From the NCBI RefSeq assembly GCF_041956535.1, contig NW_027192200.1, positions 453,477-517,476 of the forward strand: DNA of 64,000 nt. The letters run 5' to 3'. This document shows, piece by piece, positions 27,340 through 40,600 of the stretch. The translations under genes and the position numbers were made by a program. The stretch is from Calcarisporiella thermophila CBS 279.70 (taxonomy: Eukaryota; Fungi; Calcarisporiellomycota). The notes under the pieces are model-generated. The model did not search any database. It saw only the letters and a list, made by a program, of their open reading frames with translations, and was not told the DNA's origin. Numbering within the stretch: the stretch's first letter is position 1; each line of letters begins with the position of its first letter.

Positions 27340-27920
27340 ATGTAAGTACCAATCGAAGGTGGCTGCGTGATGGAACGGATGGTCGCGGTTGAATGTAAAC
27401 AATTTGAACTCATCGCTTCTTTTTTTTCTTTTTAAATCCTCGCAACAGGTCAAACCAACCCTACGATCCATACGTTCCCAATTCCTCGCCCTCGCAACCC
27501 AACCCCAAAATCGGTCACATTCAGGAGCAGGTGCAAGAGGTGGTGGGCATTATGCAACAAAATGTGAACAAGGCAAGTCATCCGATGTTTGTCCCATCTC
27601 TGGGTGGCTGTCTCTCTAACAAGATTAAGTACAGGTTATGGAGCGTGGCGAGAGACTCGATGATCTGCGTGGTAAGACAGAGGATCTCTCCAGCACTGCA
27701 ACCCATTTCCGAAGGGGCGCAAATCAAGTGAGGAAACGCATGTGGTGGAAAGGTATGTAAATCGATCTCTTTCATCGTGATTCTTGCCTGAATTTAACGT
27801 TGAATTGTGTGGCCACCCTCCTCTTTAGATATGAAAATGAGGCTATTAATCATTGCTGCTATCATTATTCTTTTAATCGTCATAATTGTCCCCATTGTGG
27901 TTCAAAGCCAGAAGAAGTGA
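27340..27920 (+). CDS. SNC1: Synaptobrevin/VAMP R-SNARE, 4 exons
   Basis: MSNQPYDPY...[18 protein letters not shown]|[11 protein letters not shown]...[15 protein letters not shown]|DMKM plus TM helix. ATG is split by intron 27342-27448; intron 27573-27634 is GC-AG. Confidence 0.93.
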
Positions 27921-28246
27921 TTGCTTGGCCTTCATATATTTTCCATCTTTGATACTTTGCGGATCCTTTATTCTATATTTGTTTTTTTTTCTCTTCTTTC
28001 CTCCTCTTCTGTCTATTACTTTCTCCTGCATTCATATGTTTGTAATGGTGTGCTTGAATTTTTCGTAAAATATTTTATATTAGATAGCCCTTCCATGCTG
28101 AAGTCCTTTTCCCAAAATATTCTCAAATCAATTCGAGGTGACTAAATTGGGCTTGAGCGATTTTGACGGCTCAGTGAATTCTCTAAAGTTGGAACTCTTG
28201 CCGATATTGTATCTCATCGTATTAAAGAAATACTGATCGCTGGTTG

Positions 28247-29542
28247 ATGGATGCTCGAGCGCAAGATGGAACAAGCTCGGGACATCATGCACGTCCACGC
28301 ACATTACAGGTAATGTCCCGCTATTGCTTCTATTTACTTGCGTTTCTTACCTTGATTGCCATCGACAGTTGCCTCGACACTGGAGCAATGCGTTCGATAT
28401 ACCCCGCCACGAGCTTATCCCAACCCTGAATGAGATGAAACGCATTCTATTCAGTGATTTATGGCAAAATACTGGCGAGCTCTCCAGTACACAGGGAGAA
28501 ATAGAGGCGGCTGTTTTGAATGAAGGTGAATAGTGATTGAACTTGGGATTATATATTCTCGTGTTAACCAAATCCATTCCCACTGCCTATCCAATTCTAT
28601 GTGCATATATAGAACCCCAAACGAGATCTAGATCCACTACTGACTCCAGAGAGAGTAGCGCTTCCAAATCGCCAGCACCATCAGGAAAATCACCAGCACC
28701 GCGTGGTGTCACTGATTTGGAACTGAAAAGAAAAGTTGAAACAGAAGAGGAAACTAATTCCGCTACCAAAGTCTGTTTGATTCCTTTATTTGAACATGTT
28801 CGATTTAATTCATCTTGTTTCCCTTTATCCTTCTACAGCGACCGCGTATTGGGCTCCATCCAAAATCTCCTCACAGTGGCCACTCGACTCCCCGGTTGGG
28901 GTCTCCCGCACCTGGCGTGGTTGTCCCAGCTTCTAATAATAATGTGCCCGACAAGCCTGTATCTTCCCCCGCCCCTGCAGGCGCTCCATCCCTTGAAAAG
29001 CAAGTGAAATCGCCATTAATTCGAACGGCTTTGCCCAAATCTCCCACACGGAGGCCCATGTCACCAAAACCAGCGTCGGCAGAGAGTAAACAGGCCGCGG
29101 CGACGACCGAAGCTAGGCAACGAAAAATATCTTCCACCGCAATGGAATCGAAGAAAGAGACACCTTTGGCCTCTACGGCTACAAAACCCAAACCTGCCAA
29201 GCCTCAGCCGCAACCGCAGCCTACTGGCCCCACTATGAAAGAATCGGTAAACGAGCTGAAGAGCTTGCTCTTGAAGATGATCAAGGCGGATGCCAAAAGT
29301 AAGTTGACCAGTGCTGCCCCCAGCCTGCCCTATTGAATCTATCGGAGATTGACTCTATCATTCATCTTGAAGGTTACAATGAAGCCGATATACTGTCGAA
29401 ACTCTCCCAGATTGAGGCCACTGTCTCTTACACAAAAGAGCAGAAAAAAGGCCTAACAACTTCCCTTCTCACCGTAGCCAAGGGAATGCGACGGAAAGGC
29501 GTCATCGAACGATTGGAACAGATGAAGCGGTCCTTGTTGTAA
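28247..29542 (+). CDS. Hypothetical multi-exon protein with Ser/Pro-rich middle and helical C-terminus
   Basis: Consecutive ORF segments linked by plausible GT-AG introns; no family recognised. Confidence 0.5.
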
Positions 29543-30128
29543 AATAGCATCTGCCACTTGTAAATATATAAATTCCACTGTTGCAACAACTTTCCTGAAC
29601 GCTCCTGAACAGGAGCTATTATTGAAGGAGAATGGCAATTGCACCTATGAATCATTGAAATGCTGCATTGCGCTGTCGGCATGCAAATGGCCACACATTC
29701 ATCCATGCTGGCCACAGGATATAAGAGGATGCGTAAATGACTCCTTTACTTTACTACTCTTTCGTGAATGGATAAACTTGCTTGAAAACTAATTCAAAAC
29801 ATCGTCCAATGATTTGAATGTCCACATTCCTTATGGCCTAAGACTGAGGCTGTCTGGCACATATCCAGAAAAGGGTTCGGTCCGCAGGGCTTTTCGCAAG
29901 TTATTCCGAAAATTTAAGGTTAGAGCAGGTTACTCCCTGCACAATTTGTCTCCTATCCTAAAGTATCGAGAGATGATCACACGACTGAGTAACAATCCAG
30001 CGAATGTTTTTGGCCCAAAAAAATTTCTCCACACTTGCATTCTCATTGCCACTACCGTCTCATCACCATTCGCCAGCCCTTTTCTTTTTCCCCTCTCTCA
30101 CTCCGTACTCGCTTGTTTGAACTCTAGG

Positions 30129-32395
30129 ATGTCGGAATCGCAGCAACAGAAGACTGCCGAATACTCGCATTTCTCATTCGAAAAACCTGAGGCCGATTCG
30201 CAGGGACTTGCCACCGACCCCAATGTCGCTGGCCAGGCTCCTGCAAGGCAGTTCCTACACAGCCTTTGCTCACGCAAGCCTATCGACCGCATCAGGAATG
30301 AGACGGGAGCGGAGAGGAATACTCTTAAGCGTGACCTGAATGCTCTTGACCTCACGTCCATTGGCATCGCAAACGTAATAGGGACTGGGATATTCATTAT
30401 TAGTGGTACGAAATCTGAGCCTTATCTTGCCCATTGGATTTTATTTCCCCTTCTTCCTGCTGTTTTGCTCAATCTTGTATCCGTGTGACGGGCTGTAGGA
30501 CACGCCGCGGCTGAGAATTCGGGGCCAGCCATAGTCATTTCCTTTCTCATCGCCGGTTTCGCCTGCATCTTTGTCGCTATGAGCTACAGCGAGATGGCGT
30601 GTATGATCCCGGTGGCAGGCAGTGCCTATACTTATGCATATGCGACCCTGGGCGAGGGAATTGCGTGGATTATTGGTAGGCGTTGATGATTAGCTAGAAA
30701 GAACCGTTGGTCACCAAGCATGTGCTAATTTTGGCATGTCCACGTTAGGATGGGATTTAATGATCGAGTATTTGTAAGTAGAGAACAGTGAAAAGCATAC
30801 CCGACGAGAGCGAGGCTAAATCTGAACTCTCGCTGGTAGATTTGGAGTGTCCACTGTGGCCGTCGGATGGAGTCAATACTTTGCAAAGTTTATTGAATCG
30901 TTTGGAGTCCATGTAATGCACATGTCCGCATAGGGAAAACCCCCCACCTCTCTCTTAACACCCAGTACCCCATTTATAGGTAGATCACCGGTTTACCGAC
31001 CCCCCTCTCTCGTGGGACGAGAAGCTGCAGCAATTCAATCGTACTGAGGGATACATTAACATACCCGGGATTGTGATTGTGGCGACGTTGACTACCATCC
31101 TCATCCTGGGGATCCGTCAATCCAAGGTTTTCATCAACACCATTGTAATCATTAAACTCACCGTTATAGTGCTCTTCATCTGCACCGCCGCAAAGTGGGT
31201 GAATCCTAGTAATTTTCAGGTGAGCGGGTGGTTTGGGAGGGTTGATCTTTCATATCTTCCAAATCGACGTGATCTAAGCTTCTCCATTTGATGATCAATA
31301 CAGCCATTTGTCCCGCCGAATGAAGGTGGAGACTGGTAGGAGCCCTATATTCCAGCCGGATGACCCTCATATCTCCAATTCTAATTTTTTAATAGGCGAC
31401 ATTTCGGCGTTTCAGGCATCTTTGCGGCGGCGTCCATTGTCATTTTCTCCTATCTCGGATTCGATGCCGTTTCCACTGCGGGGCAGGAGGCCAGAAATCC
31501 GCAACGAGACATCCCCATCGGCATTTGCATGTCACTGTTCATTTCCACCGTCCTCTACATTTTGACCTCGTTGATTATGAACGGCGTGGTTCCATACTAC
31601 AAGTATAAAAATGACCCGGCACCCATTGCAACGGCCACCGCGGCAACCGGAATGCCCTGGCTAACGGTACTGGAGAAGATAAAGAAAATGACGGATTTTT
31701 TGTCATTTCTAATTGATCTTAATGAATGCACTTTGCACCCGCGTTCCCCTATTGGATAGATTGTTGTCTCGTTGGGCGCTCTCGCGGGCATCACCAGCAC
31801 TATGACGATTGGCCTTCTTGCCCAGTCCCGTATCTTCTATGCCATGGCGCATGATGGCCTTCTTCCACGAGTATTCGCGCGCGTCCATCCCCGCTTTCGT
31901 ACGCCTTGGGTTGCTACCCTGGTCAGCGGATTGGTTTCTGCAGCGTTGGGCGCCACTCTTCCCATCGATCTTCTTGGGAACATGACCAGCGTTGGTACAC
32001 TTATGGCCTTTATTTTCGTCCACATAGGGATCATTGTGCTTCGCTTTACGAAACCGGACTTGCCACGCCGATTTAAAATACCGGGGCCTAAAGGAACGTG
32101 GATCATCTTCCCTCTGATGGGGATTGTCAGCTCAATCATACTGATCGCCCTTGCGGATAGGGCCACTATTTACCGAGTATTCGCGTGGATGTACGTGTCT
32201 TCTACCCCCCTCTCCCTCTCCCTCCTGTATCAAGCTGCACCTAGCTAACGACTGCATCTCTTCTTTGCTTTCTACTCCAGGGGACTGGGCTTGATCGTTT
32301 ATGGCGTCTACGGCTATCGTCACAGCAGGCTCCGCAACCCTCAGAACGACTTGAGGCTTCGAGAGCTGGAGAGCATGGCCATTCCAAAACTTTAA
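30129..32395 (+). CDS. APC-superfamily amino acid permease (cationic amino acid transporter, CAT type), many exons
   Basis: LKRDLNALDLTSIGIANVIGTGIF, GPAIVISF, YSEMACMIPVAGSAYTYAY, IAWIIGWDL, FSYLGFDAVST.GQEARNP, RIFYAMAHDGLLP. Confidence 0.92.
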
Positions 32396-33517
32396 TCTAA
32401 TGAATCTTCTTGGATTATTTATTTTCTTTATCTAATTCTGCTGTAGACATTTCTCATTTTCGAGTAATAATATGTAGCTAGTTTTTGTCTCTTGATGCGA
32501 AAAGTCGAACTGGTTCTTTCATCAGCTTCTATCATCACGCCTCCTCTGAGGGTGCCAGCTGATACAATTCAATAAAAGGAATAGGACAAGGGAATAGAGC
32601 GTTATTTTTGAGATTTGTTCCACGAACGAACCACATGGCTTAATCCACCTCTCGTTGCTCGACTAATATTAGTGGACCACTAGGAATCATTATCCTACTC
32701 TCTTAGCCCAGCGGGGATATTGAACTATACTACCACGGGTCTAGTATTCACCAAGAAATCCTTAAGTGTAGCGGTTTGAATTGACACCATTCCTTTCGCC
32801 GTGGCTAGCCAGGCTCTCCGCCCTAGTAGAACGCCGACATCTTCTAAGCCGGCTTCCACCCAGAAACCGTACTTTCTAATTTTATATTATAACCATATCG
32901 AAATCAAGTGGCGGTCGCATACAATCTCGATGATTATCGCCTCTTTGAACAGGCGAGCATAGGGTTGGCTTGGCAAGCGCCTAGAGCGCTTGAGAGCCCA
33001 CTTCGTAGGACAGCAATCGAGAAATTCCTTACAAATTTAGGGGGGGTGGTCCGCATAATGGTTTCGGGCCAGATATTTTTAAATGTATTTGTGGCGGGAA
33101 TTGGGGTGGGCAAATGCAAGGATCCATTGAGAATTGATTAGAGTTCTGCGCCTCGTTTAGAAAACGTGGTCTAAGATTCCGAAGCACCGAATCGAGTAAT
33201 TTGCTTTAGCCTAATCGGTTTATCTATTCTCATTATCACCGGCTTCCTTTCATTTAACGATGCCCAAAAATCTTTGATATCCGCCATGCGTACAACCCAT
33301 GTGTAAGTTTCTGACTAAAGGCTAGAGGGGTGTGGAGAGCGCGAATTAAACCGGCTTGGCAAGCGTGAAAAAAATTACCGCTCGAGTCCGATACCGAAAA
33401 TTCCGAGGACGGCACAAGCCTCGCGAGGAAGTGAATAAATGGGAAACAGCCCGTTGCGAAAAGAGAACCTGTTTTTAGTTTTCTTCTCTTTGTTTCTCCA
33501 TCCAGCGCCTAGCCAAA

Positions 33518-33607
33518 ATGAATGAACGCAACACTTGCAAACAATGCGGCCAAGGACCCTTTGCTTCCTGGCAAGAATTCCTCAACCACCGCTGCGTGCC
33601 GCTCTAA
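33518..33607 (+). CDS. 29-aa CCHC zinc-finger-like microprotein, copy 1 (MNERNTCKQCGQGPFASWQEFLNHRCVPL)
   Basis: AAAATG start context, TAA stop; paralog at 34109 differs mostly at synonymous sites. Confidence 0.75.
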   Translation: MNERNTCKQCGQGPFASWQEFLNHRCVPL

Positions 33608-34108
33608 CCACCCGGAGTTGTTTCAGCGGTCTCCCTCTGATTACCTCCAACGCGTGGCCACTGTCCCGGTCCCTAAGGGACCTGCCTTCTTCCCTCTGCT
33701 GCCGCCTCTGCCATTTGTACGCGGCCCAAATGAGAGAAGCCCGCCCAAAACCACTCGTGTCCTTTGCTTATTCAGCCATTTTGCTACCGAAGAAGTTGGC
33801 TAACAATAAATTTTGTAACACGCTTCCCTCACGTATACCCGTGATTTCGGCAAAAACCAATCCGATCCATTTGTAGAGGATGGAAGAATATTCCAGCATG
33901 TTTCAGAAATCGAACAAATATGGCAATCTGACACCAAGGGGCCAAGCGTTTCTGGCACCAAGATTCTTTGGAGAGAGAAATTTTAAAAACTCAACTTGTT
34001 CTGTTTTTCCATCCTCTTCTCTCCCGTTCGCCCAGAGACGCTTGCTGACTCTTTCTGGAGTACACTTGTTCTTCCATTCACGTTCCATCTTTGCATTCCT
34101 CAACCATA

Positions 34109-34198
34109 ATGAATGAGCGCAACACCTGTAAAATATGCGGGCAAGGTCCCTTTGATAGCTGGCAGAGCTTCCTGAACCACCGCTGCGAGCCTCCTTAG
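34109..34198 (+). CDS. 29-aa CCHC zinc-finger-like microprotein, copy 2 (MNERNTCKICGQGPFDSWQSFLNHRCEPP)
   Basis: ATAATG start context, TAG stop; 24/29 aa identical to copy 1, with the same length and stop position. Confidence 0.75.
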   Translation: MNERNTCKICGQGPFDSWQSFLNHRCEPP

Positions 34199-35865
34199 CA
34201 ACGCTTTCACCTTGCCTCCTCTGCTAGCAGCTCACTCGTAAGCGAGCGAGCTTGAACCCATACTAAATAGCCTATGCGATCACATACACTTGATCGACCA
34301 AAAGTAGACGCGATGCTCAACAGAACTAAGAGAAAGAGAATCGACTTGACCTTCCCTCTACCTATTTTTTTTATTGAGCTCGAATTGTCTATCAAATATT
34401 GTTTTATTTCCTCTGTTTTTTACGGCTGTCAGGCAGACTCCCTTGTGTAGTGCTGCGTACTAAAGCAACAGCCTCAAAATCATGAATAAATATTTACCCT
34501 TCTTTATACGAATTGAATATGAAAATATAAACCTAAAAGAATTCATTTTTCATTCAACTTTTGAAGTTCTTTCAATTGAAATAGGTGAAGGATTAACCTA
34601 TACAGTCTACACAAGTGGGGCCAGTTGAGTTGAGAGGCCGCTAACTCTCAGTGCATCTGCCGGATCGAGAGCGCGCGTATGCCTTTTGGATTCATATTAC
34701 CATCCATTATAAATAGGAGAAGTATTTTTGAAATCTAATATCGTATTTCTAAAAGGAAGCTGATGCGATGGATGAGACACAGTATTGCCATTTATATTTG
34801 GCTATATGGTCCATGTTCCCCGCCTTGGTTTATTATATTCCCTTCAGAAGCCAGAGTTATGAAGCTATATTTCAATCGAATGTCTTCTAAGTGCTGTAAA
34901 TCTCTAAACTCGATCCTAACCCAATTTCTGCAGCTTCCCCCAGATACACTTTGCCAGGTAGGTTAATCCTCTTTCGCTGGATTCCAAGTCTTTTTGAGCA
35001 ACAATTAATCAGTAGTTTTAATTTCAGACCTGAATTCTGCATCTCTCTCCATGGCATTTAAACACATTGCCACTTTACCACCTTTTATTTTCGCTAGATT
35101 CAAAATCAATGGAGCGTAAAATAAACCATCAGAACAATCAACCATAAAGCCTCTTCCAAAATAAACTTTTTCCTTCATACCTTATAATATACGGTTTGCC
35201 GAAAAATTGTTGCAGTAATATGACGCATTATTTATGTGAACTAAAACAATGAATAACTACCGTAAAAGAATGGGCGGAAATATTATTGAAAATATCTTTT
35301 TCGATCTACACTGCTTTTAGGAATACGTGCAAGACATGTTTAAAGCAGAGAAACTAAAACCCGGGGGCGAATTTGATATAAGAGTTGAAATACATTTTTT
35401 AGGCTTAGTCTAAAGGTTAGCAAGCATTATGCAAGTATGCCGGAACGGACGCGTGCTATATATAATGCAAAGAGAGGACACACTGGGTATTAGTGTACTA
35501 GAGGACATTTCACGATTTGTGAAAACGGTATACAAAAATGTCCTCTTCTAAAACAGCATTTCGACACTTCTCAATTTTAACCCCCCGGCATTATAGTTTT
35601 TCTTTTTTAAACATTGGCGTCATGTAATAATAAAACTTTTACAAGCTCAGTGTCGTATATATTTTCAACAATATTCTCCTCCATATTCTACAGGGGGTTT
35701 GCTGGGATATTCAAATTATAGGTAAAAAATTATCAAAATAGGCAACCGTCTTTCCGTCAACTATATATAATCTGGTTCACCTAGCTCTCTCTTTCTTCCC
35801 CACCCTTCTTATTCAATTTTGGCATATTACAAACTTTATCTTGATTTGAATTTTGCACATCCATA

Positions 35866-36231
35866 ATGAAATCAACTGCCACTCTCATAGCTTTTATGCT
35901 GTTATATTTTGCCACGTCCTCTCAAGCAAAGGAACATGAGGCTATACGGCCCATTGTCGGCCGCTTAAAAAGGCACTCATGCGAAATTACTCCTCAATCC
36001 GTCACCCGCGTCCTCGCCGTTGCAGATGCTGTAGTTTGCATAGAAGAGAATGAACCTGTTCCTCCCGCAGTTGCAGCTGCAGCCTTGAAAGGATCTCCCA
36101 ACTGCGACAGCATTAAAAAAAGAGTAAGAGCAGCGATAGCTGAAACTGGACAATTGAAAGAAAGAGCAATTGCCTGTGAACCGGATATCGTTGTCTATGT
36201 TACACCCTTAAAAAAATCCCAATCTCGCTAA
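35866..36231 (+). CDS. Small secreted protein, 121 aa, 4 Cys
   Basis: Signal peptide MKSTATLIAFMLLYFATSSQA; intronless; TATATATAA about 100 bp upstream (35762). Confidence 0.7.
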   Translation: MKSTATLIAFMLLYFATSSQAKEHEAIRPIVGRLKRHSCEITPQSVTRVLAVADAVVCIEENEPVPPAVAAAALKGSPNCDSIKKRVRAAIAETGQLKERAIACEPDIVVYVTPLKKSQSR

Positions 36232-37083
36232 TTGCAGAATGTATCAATAATATTTCACATCATTGATATGCAATATTATTGATAGATTATGATATGATAT
36301 GAATTAATTCCCACTCAAAATCTTTCATTAATTTGCTGCTCAGATAACCATTTCTCTTTTTACTTAAATAAAGACTTATCTGGTGGTGTGAACAGCCCTT
36401 TAATGGAGAAAACTCGGCCTTCTGGGGGGGAGGGGTGGCTTTTGCTTATTATTGTTCTTGACTGAGGTATCCCTCAACAAGATATTGTTTGCACAAGAAG
36501 GAGTATAAACTAATAAATTAAGCATAAAATGGTATACACACACATAAAAAAGCGTATGCGATTCATGAGTTATAAAGCTTACTATTTTTGACAAACAGGA
36601 ATTTGATCCACTTCCAACTCATTTGGTGTGACTATCGTATTCTTCACCTCCCCGAGCGCATCCGTTATGTCATATATAACTTTCTGCAATATTTCTCGTC
36701 TAGTCTCAAATAGTTGCGTAATCCGCTGTAGTGTCTGGTTGAGCAAATGGAACGATTTTACTCAACTAGTATTTATATCGAATTTTTAGAAAATATTATA
36801 AACCCAGCCAGACTGAACATGGTTTGAGTTGGATGAGGTGTTATCCTTCACTTTCTGGCCCACAGGAGTAGCCCCCACTCATTAACATGGAAGAATATGC
36901 TGATATAGGATTCCTTCCAAAGAAGTTGCAATAATCCCTTTAAGAAATTCTTATTCCAATAATATATACACTTTTCAAAAGAAAATAGCGATCTAGAGTG
37001 ATTACAAAAATGAATTTCAAAATTAGAAATGAATAAAAAAAACTCAAGGCAAGCAATGGAATATATCCGTTATACACTCGTAT

Positions 37084-38383
37084 CTACTTCATCATCTCGG
37101 CCTCCATAATCTCAAGATTTTTCTCTTTCTCCTCCCGCTCTTTCTCTGCTCTTTCCGCATTCTCTTGCTGCTCCCGGGCTTTTCGCTCCATCTCCTTCTC
37201 TTTCAAGTGCTGTCGATTAAGCTTTGTCCACTTTGGCAAGTCGATGCTGGATGGTGAGTATAATTGGCCTTTTGCCTTGCGATCCCGGAGTCGCGGTGCA
37301 CAAAATCGATCTTGGTGGGTTGCCACTCCAAAGGTCGCAGGAGTGCCCTGGCACTTGAAATGATAGGTATCCTCGTTCTTCACCACAAGATAGGTAAGTA
37401 CAGCTTGATCCTGGCGATGATTTTCACTAAGCATGCAAATGGCATAGATTAGGAAGCATGTTCTTCAGGGCATATCTATCAAAAAAAAAAAGCGAATTAC
37501 CGATTGCTGCCACGAGGCGCTATGCACTCGTGCACTTTTGCGCATGCAAGCCAAGGTCGCAGCAACTTTTCCATAACGTTTGCGTTTTCTGCGTCAAATC
37601 CAAGGACGGCACCATTACAGTTGGGCTTTTTTGCAAAATGCTCCGGATTCTCATGGAAATACTCAAACATCCCTGGGTGTGTAAAATCTCGCATGGTACC
37701 TGCTGATTGCGAAGAGAAGAATCCCTTTCTTCTTAAGATAGCTGGAATCGTGCGCAAAAAGTCGGCCGATGGCATATCTCCGGCGTCCATCCACACCACA
37801 AGCCCTCCATATCTATCCGCCATTTCGTTAATTATTCCCGCTTTCCAAGCATACTCGCCACGAGGGGTCGCCTCCAAGTCCCAAAAAGCCGGATAATTGG
37901 AAAAGTTAAATGCAACATATTCAGAAATAACGCCTTTCTCACGCAGATTCATCAATATTTCAACCTGTTCAGGAAGTAGCCCTAAATCGTAAATGACGAA
38001 GCGTGGCCGTTGATTTGGCTCGAGGATGTCGGATGCATCTTTGACCGAATAAATAAATGCTTCCATCTCACAGAAGTGGCCCATACTTGCTGCCGAGACG
38101 ATCGTGAAAGCGGGCCCAGACGAATGAATCGGTTCAAGGTCGGCATTATCGCCCACTGCTTCACATCGCCCACTCTGGCAATAATCTGATGTTGGCTCAT
38201 GATGAAGGTATCCTGACGTAAAGATGTTAATAGAGCATTCATGAGCAATGGCTAATTTTCTCTCTTGCGATTACCTATTAAGTTGCTGGATGCACGATAG
38301 TAGAGAACATTGGCTATGAGAAGAAAGCCAATGAGGATGATGGCGATTTGTAAATATCTGTTGCGTACCGCCATCGCTGACAT
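37084..38383 (-). CDS. DUF1647-family type II membrane protein (glycosyltransferase-like)
   Basis: N-terminal TM; TIVSAAS..HF, VIYDLGL, FNFSNYP, YAWKA.II, VVWMDAG, CIAPRGS..NHRQDQAVLT. Confidence 0.8.
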
Positions 38384-38654
38384 ATGATATACGAAGAATG
38401 TATATATGTATGTAAGTGCTTGTGAAAGCAACCGATGGGTGTTATGAGGTTCAAACTGAAATGTTCAAAATAATATAGTATTCCTTCACATCAATGGCTT
38501 AGATTTATTTTTAACTCTGAGACTCCTTCACTTATTTGCTGTGGCCCTGGGAGCCAAAAGGAGGCTAACTGATTACCATTTCAGGAATTATTTCTATATT
38601 GACAACTCGATGCCTTGGGTCAGATTGGTATTCTCGACGATTGGATTTTCTCCC

Positions 38655-40600
38655 CTATTGTTCTCTAATGTCTTCTTCACTCTCTTCCCCCATCCCCCCG
38701 CCGTCATCGACCACATCCTCCACTACATCTTCCACCTCATCTTCTATTTCATCCTCTATGTCGACCACAATACCTGCATCACCCTCATCCTCGTCGTCCA
38801 TTGGATCTTCCGCTTTTCCTGATCCTTTGGATTTATGAATTTGATCAATGATCTCCTCTAACATAGCCTCAATTCCCGCGAGCGTCTCTTCCCCAGTTGG
38901 TACAATTTCTTCGGGTGGAGCCAGAAAACCATAATGCCCCGTGTCTCTTAGTTCGATGGAATAAGAGTAGGGAATATCAGCAACTATAAGCATAATAACT
39001 GAACATGATTAGCAAAATGCATTGAAGTGTTCAATAATTATTCAAAATGTGCCTTCGTATGCCCAATCCACAGCGCTTCCACTGGCAGGGTATATTGTCG
39101 TGCATACCGGGCCCATCTTGTACGAAGTACCATGGACTTTCTTCAATGCATTAACTCCTGCTTTTGCTGCCTCTGTGAGTTTCGAGTTGTTTGGAGGAAC
39201 TTTTTTGCATCGCCCCCCGTATGGCCACATCCCTACAAACAACCAAAAATGAGGCTTCTGTCAATATTTTTTTAACAAAAATTCATAACCTACACAATTG
39301 GCTATAAGAATGGACGTCAATATAGGATACAAACTCCTTGGACTTTAGGAAATTCGCCATGGCTTTTGTTTCTGGTGCCGAAAATTCCTTTGGACCTCGA
39401 TAGGCTATAACAAGAGAATAATTCGGGATAGAATGAGATAATAAGCTGAGGGAAGCGAAGCTGTTTGAAACACATACTTTCATCGCATGGGTCCTCTGAT
39501 GAGCCTTCTCCGCCAAAGAATTCGCCCTGTGTCGAATATAAGAATGAATATTTTTGTGATTCGTGCCATTTAAGCAAATAAAAAAAGCCTATATACCCAA
39601 TTTCTATTCAAGTCTACTCCATCGCATTTGGAGTTCTCATTAGGCTGTCTATTCTTTCGCCACTATGCAAATATATTCATCAGTTTTAAAGCGATTTTCA
39701 TCTAAGGGGCTAGTTAGAAGTTCTGGTTCTCACAAGACGGTTGTGCGTGTGGGTATAGATATAGCCATCGACGTTCATGACCGGGATGGCCGTCACCTCA
39801 AAAAGATCCAGCAGGGAAGTCGAGTTATCGTCTTTGTTGTGCTGAGACAGCAACGAATGGATGATGTAATTGACAGTGGACTAGTGTAAAACAGAAGCTT
39901 GTTAGAGACTGACGAGTTTCCTTGGTTCTGAGTGGGCACATCAAAATCAAAGAATTTACGACAGTTATCCACTCTCTCGCGTGCTGTCCTCCATGCAAGA
40001 CAAATCTTCTCCGTAGACCATTACGGCCCCACATGCGGATCCCTATCATATCCTTGCCCTCATAGGTTTTACCTATGTTGATTAGTTCCGTCATATGCGG
40101 ATATTTCTCATGCATTTCGTGCAAAAATTTAATGGTTTCCGCATAGGTAGGAAAATGATCAAAGAAGCTAGCGCGCATGGATTTTCCGGCAGCGGCAATG
40201 CGATTTTGCTGCTGGTTAATGAGTTGTTGAACATCGGCAATCTTGACTTGAGGTGTGGGGAGTGGGTCAAAGAGCACCTTGTGGTTGAGATTGGGAGGGA
40301 TTCGGACATCCACGGTGCCTAGTTTGAGCTCTGTCCATGGATCAAGGTGATTTTGCTACGGATGACGAGGTGGTTCAAAGCTCTCGGAGTCAATGCTACT
40401 TCTAAGAGAGCATAGAGATTTGGAAAAGAAAGGGAACTTACGGATATAATTTGCGAGAGGAGACCAAGCTCTTCTTGGCTGCGAACGGTTACTGAAACTA
40501 CCTGGTGTCCGCTGAAATTCTCCTGCTCTTGAGTGGGGACAACGTAGCCGAGAGACGAAGGGAAGAGGGAATGGAAAAATAGAAGAAGGAGAATCAACAT
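38655..40600 (-). CDS. Secreted zinc carboxypeptidase, family M14A, with propeptide and acidic tail
   Basis: Signal peptide; [47 protein letters not shown]. Confidence 0.92.

Noticed and set aside
35500-35546. 11-bp inverted repeat agaggacattt/aaatgtcctct
   Set aside because: Short, with no TSD or second copy; may be chance.
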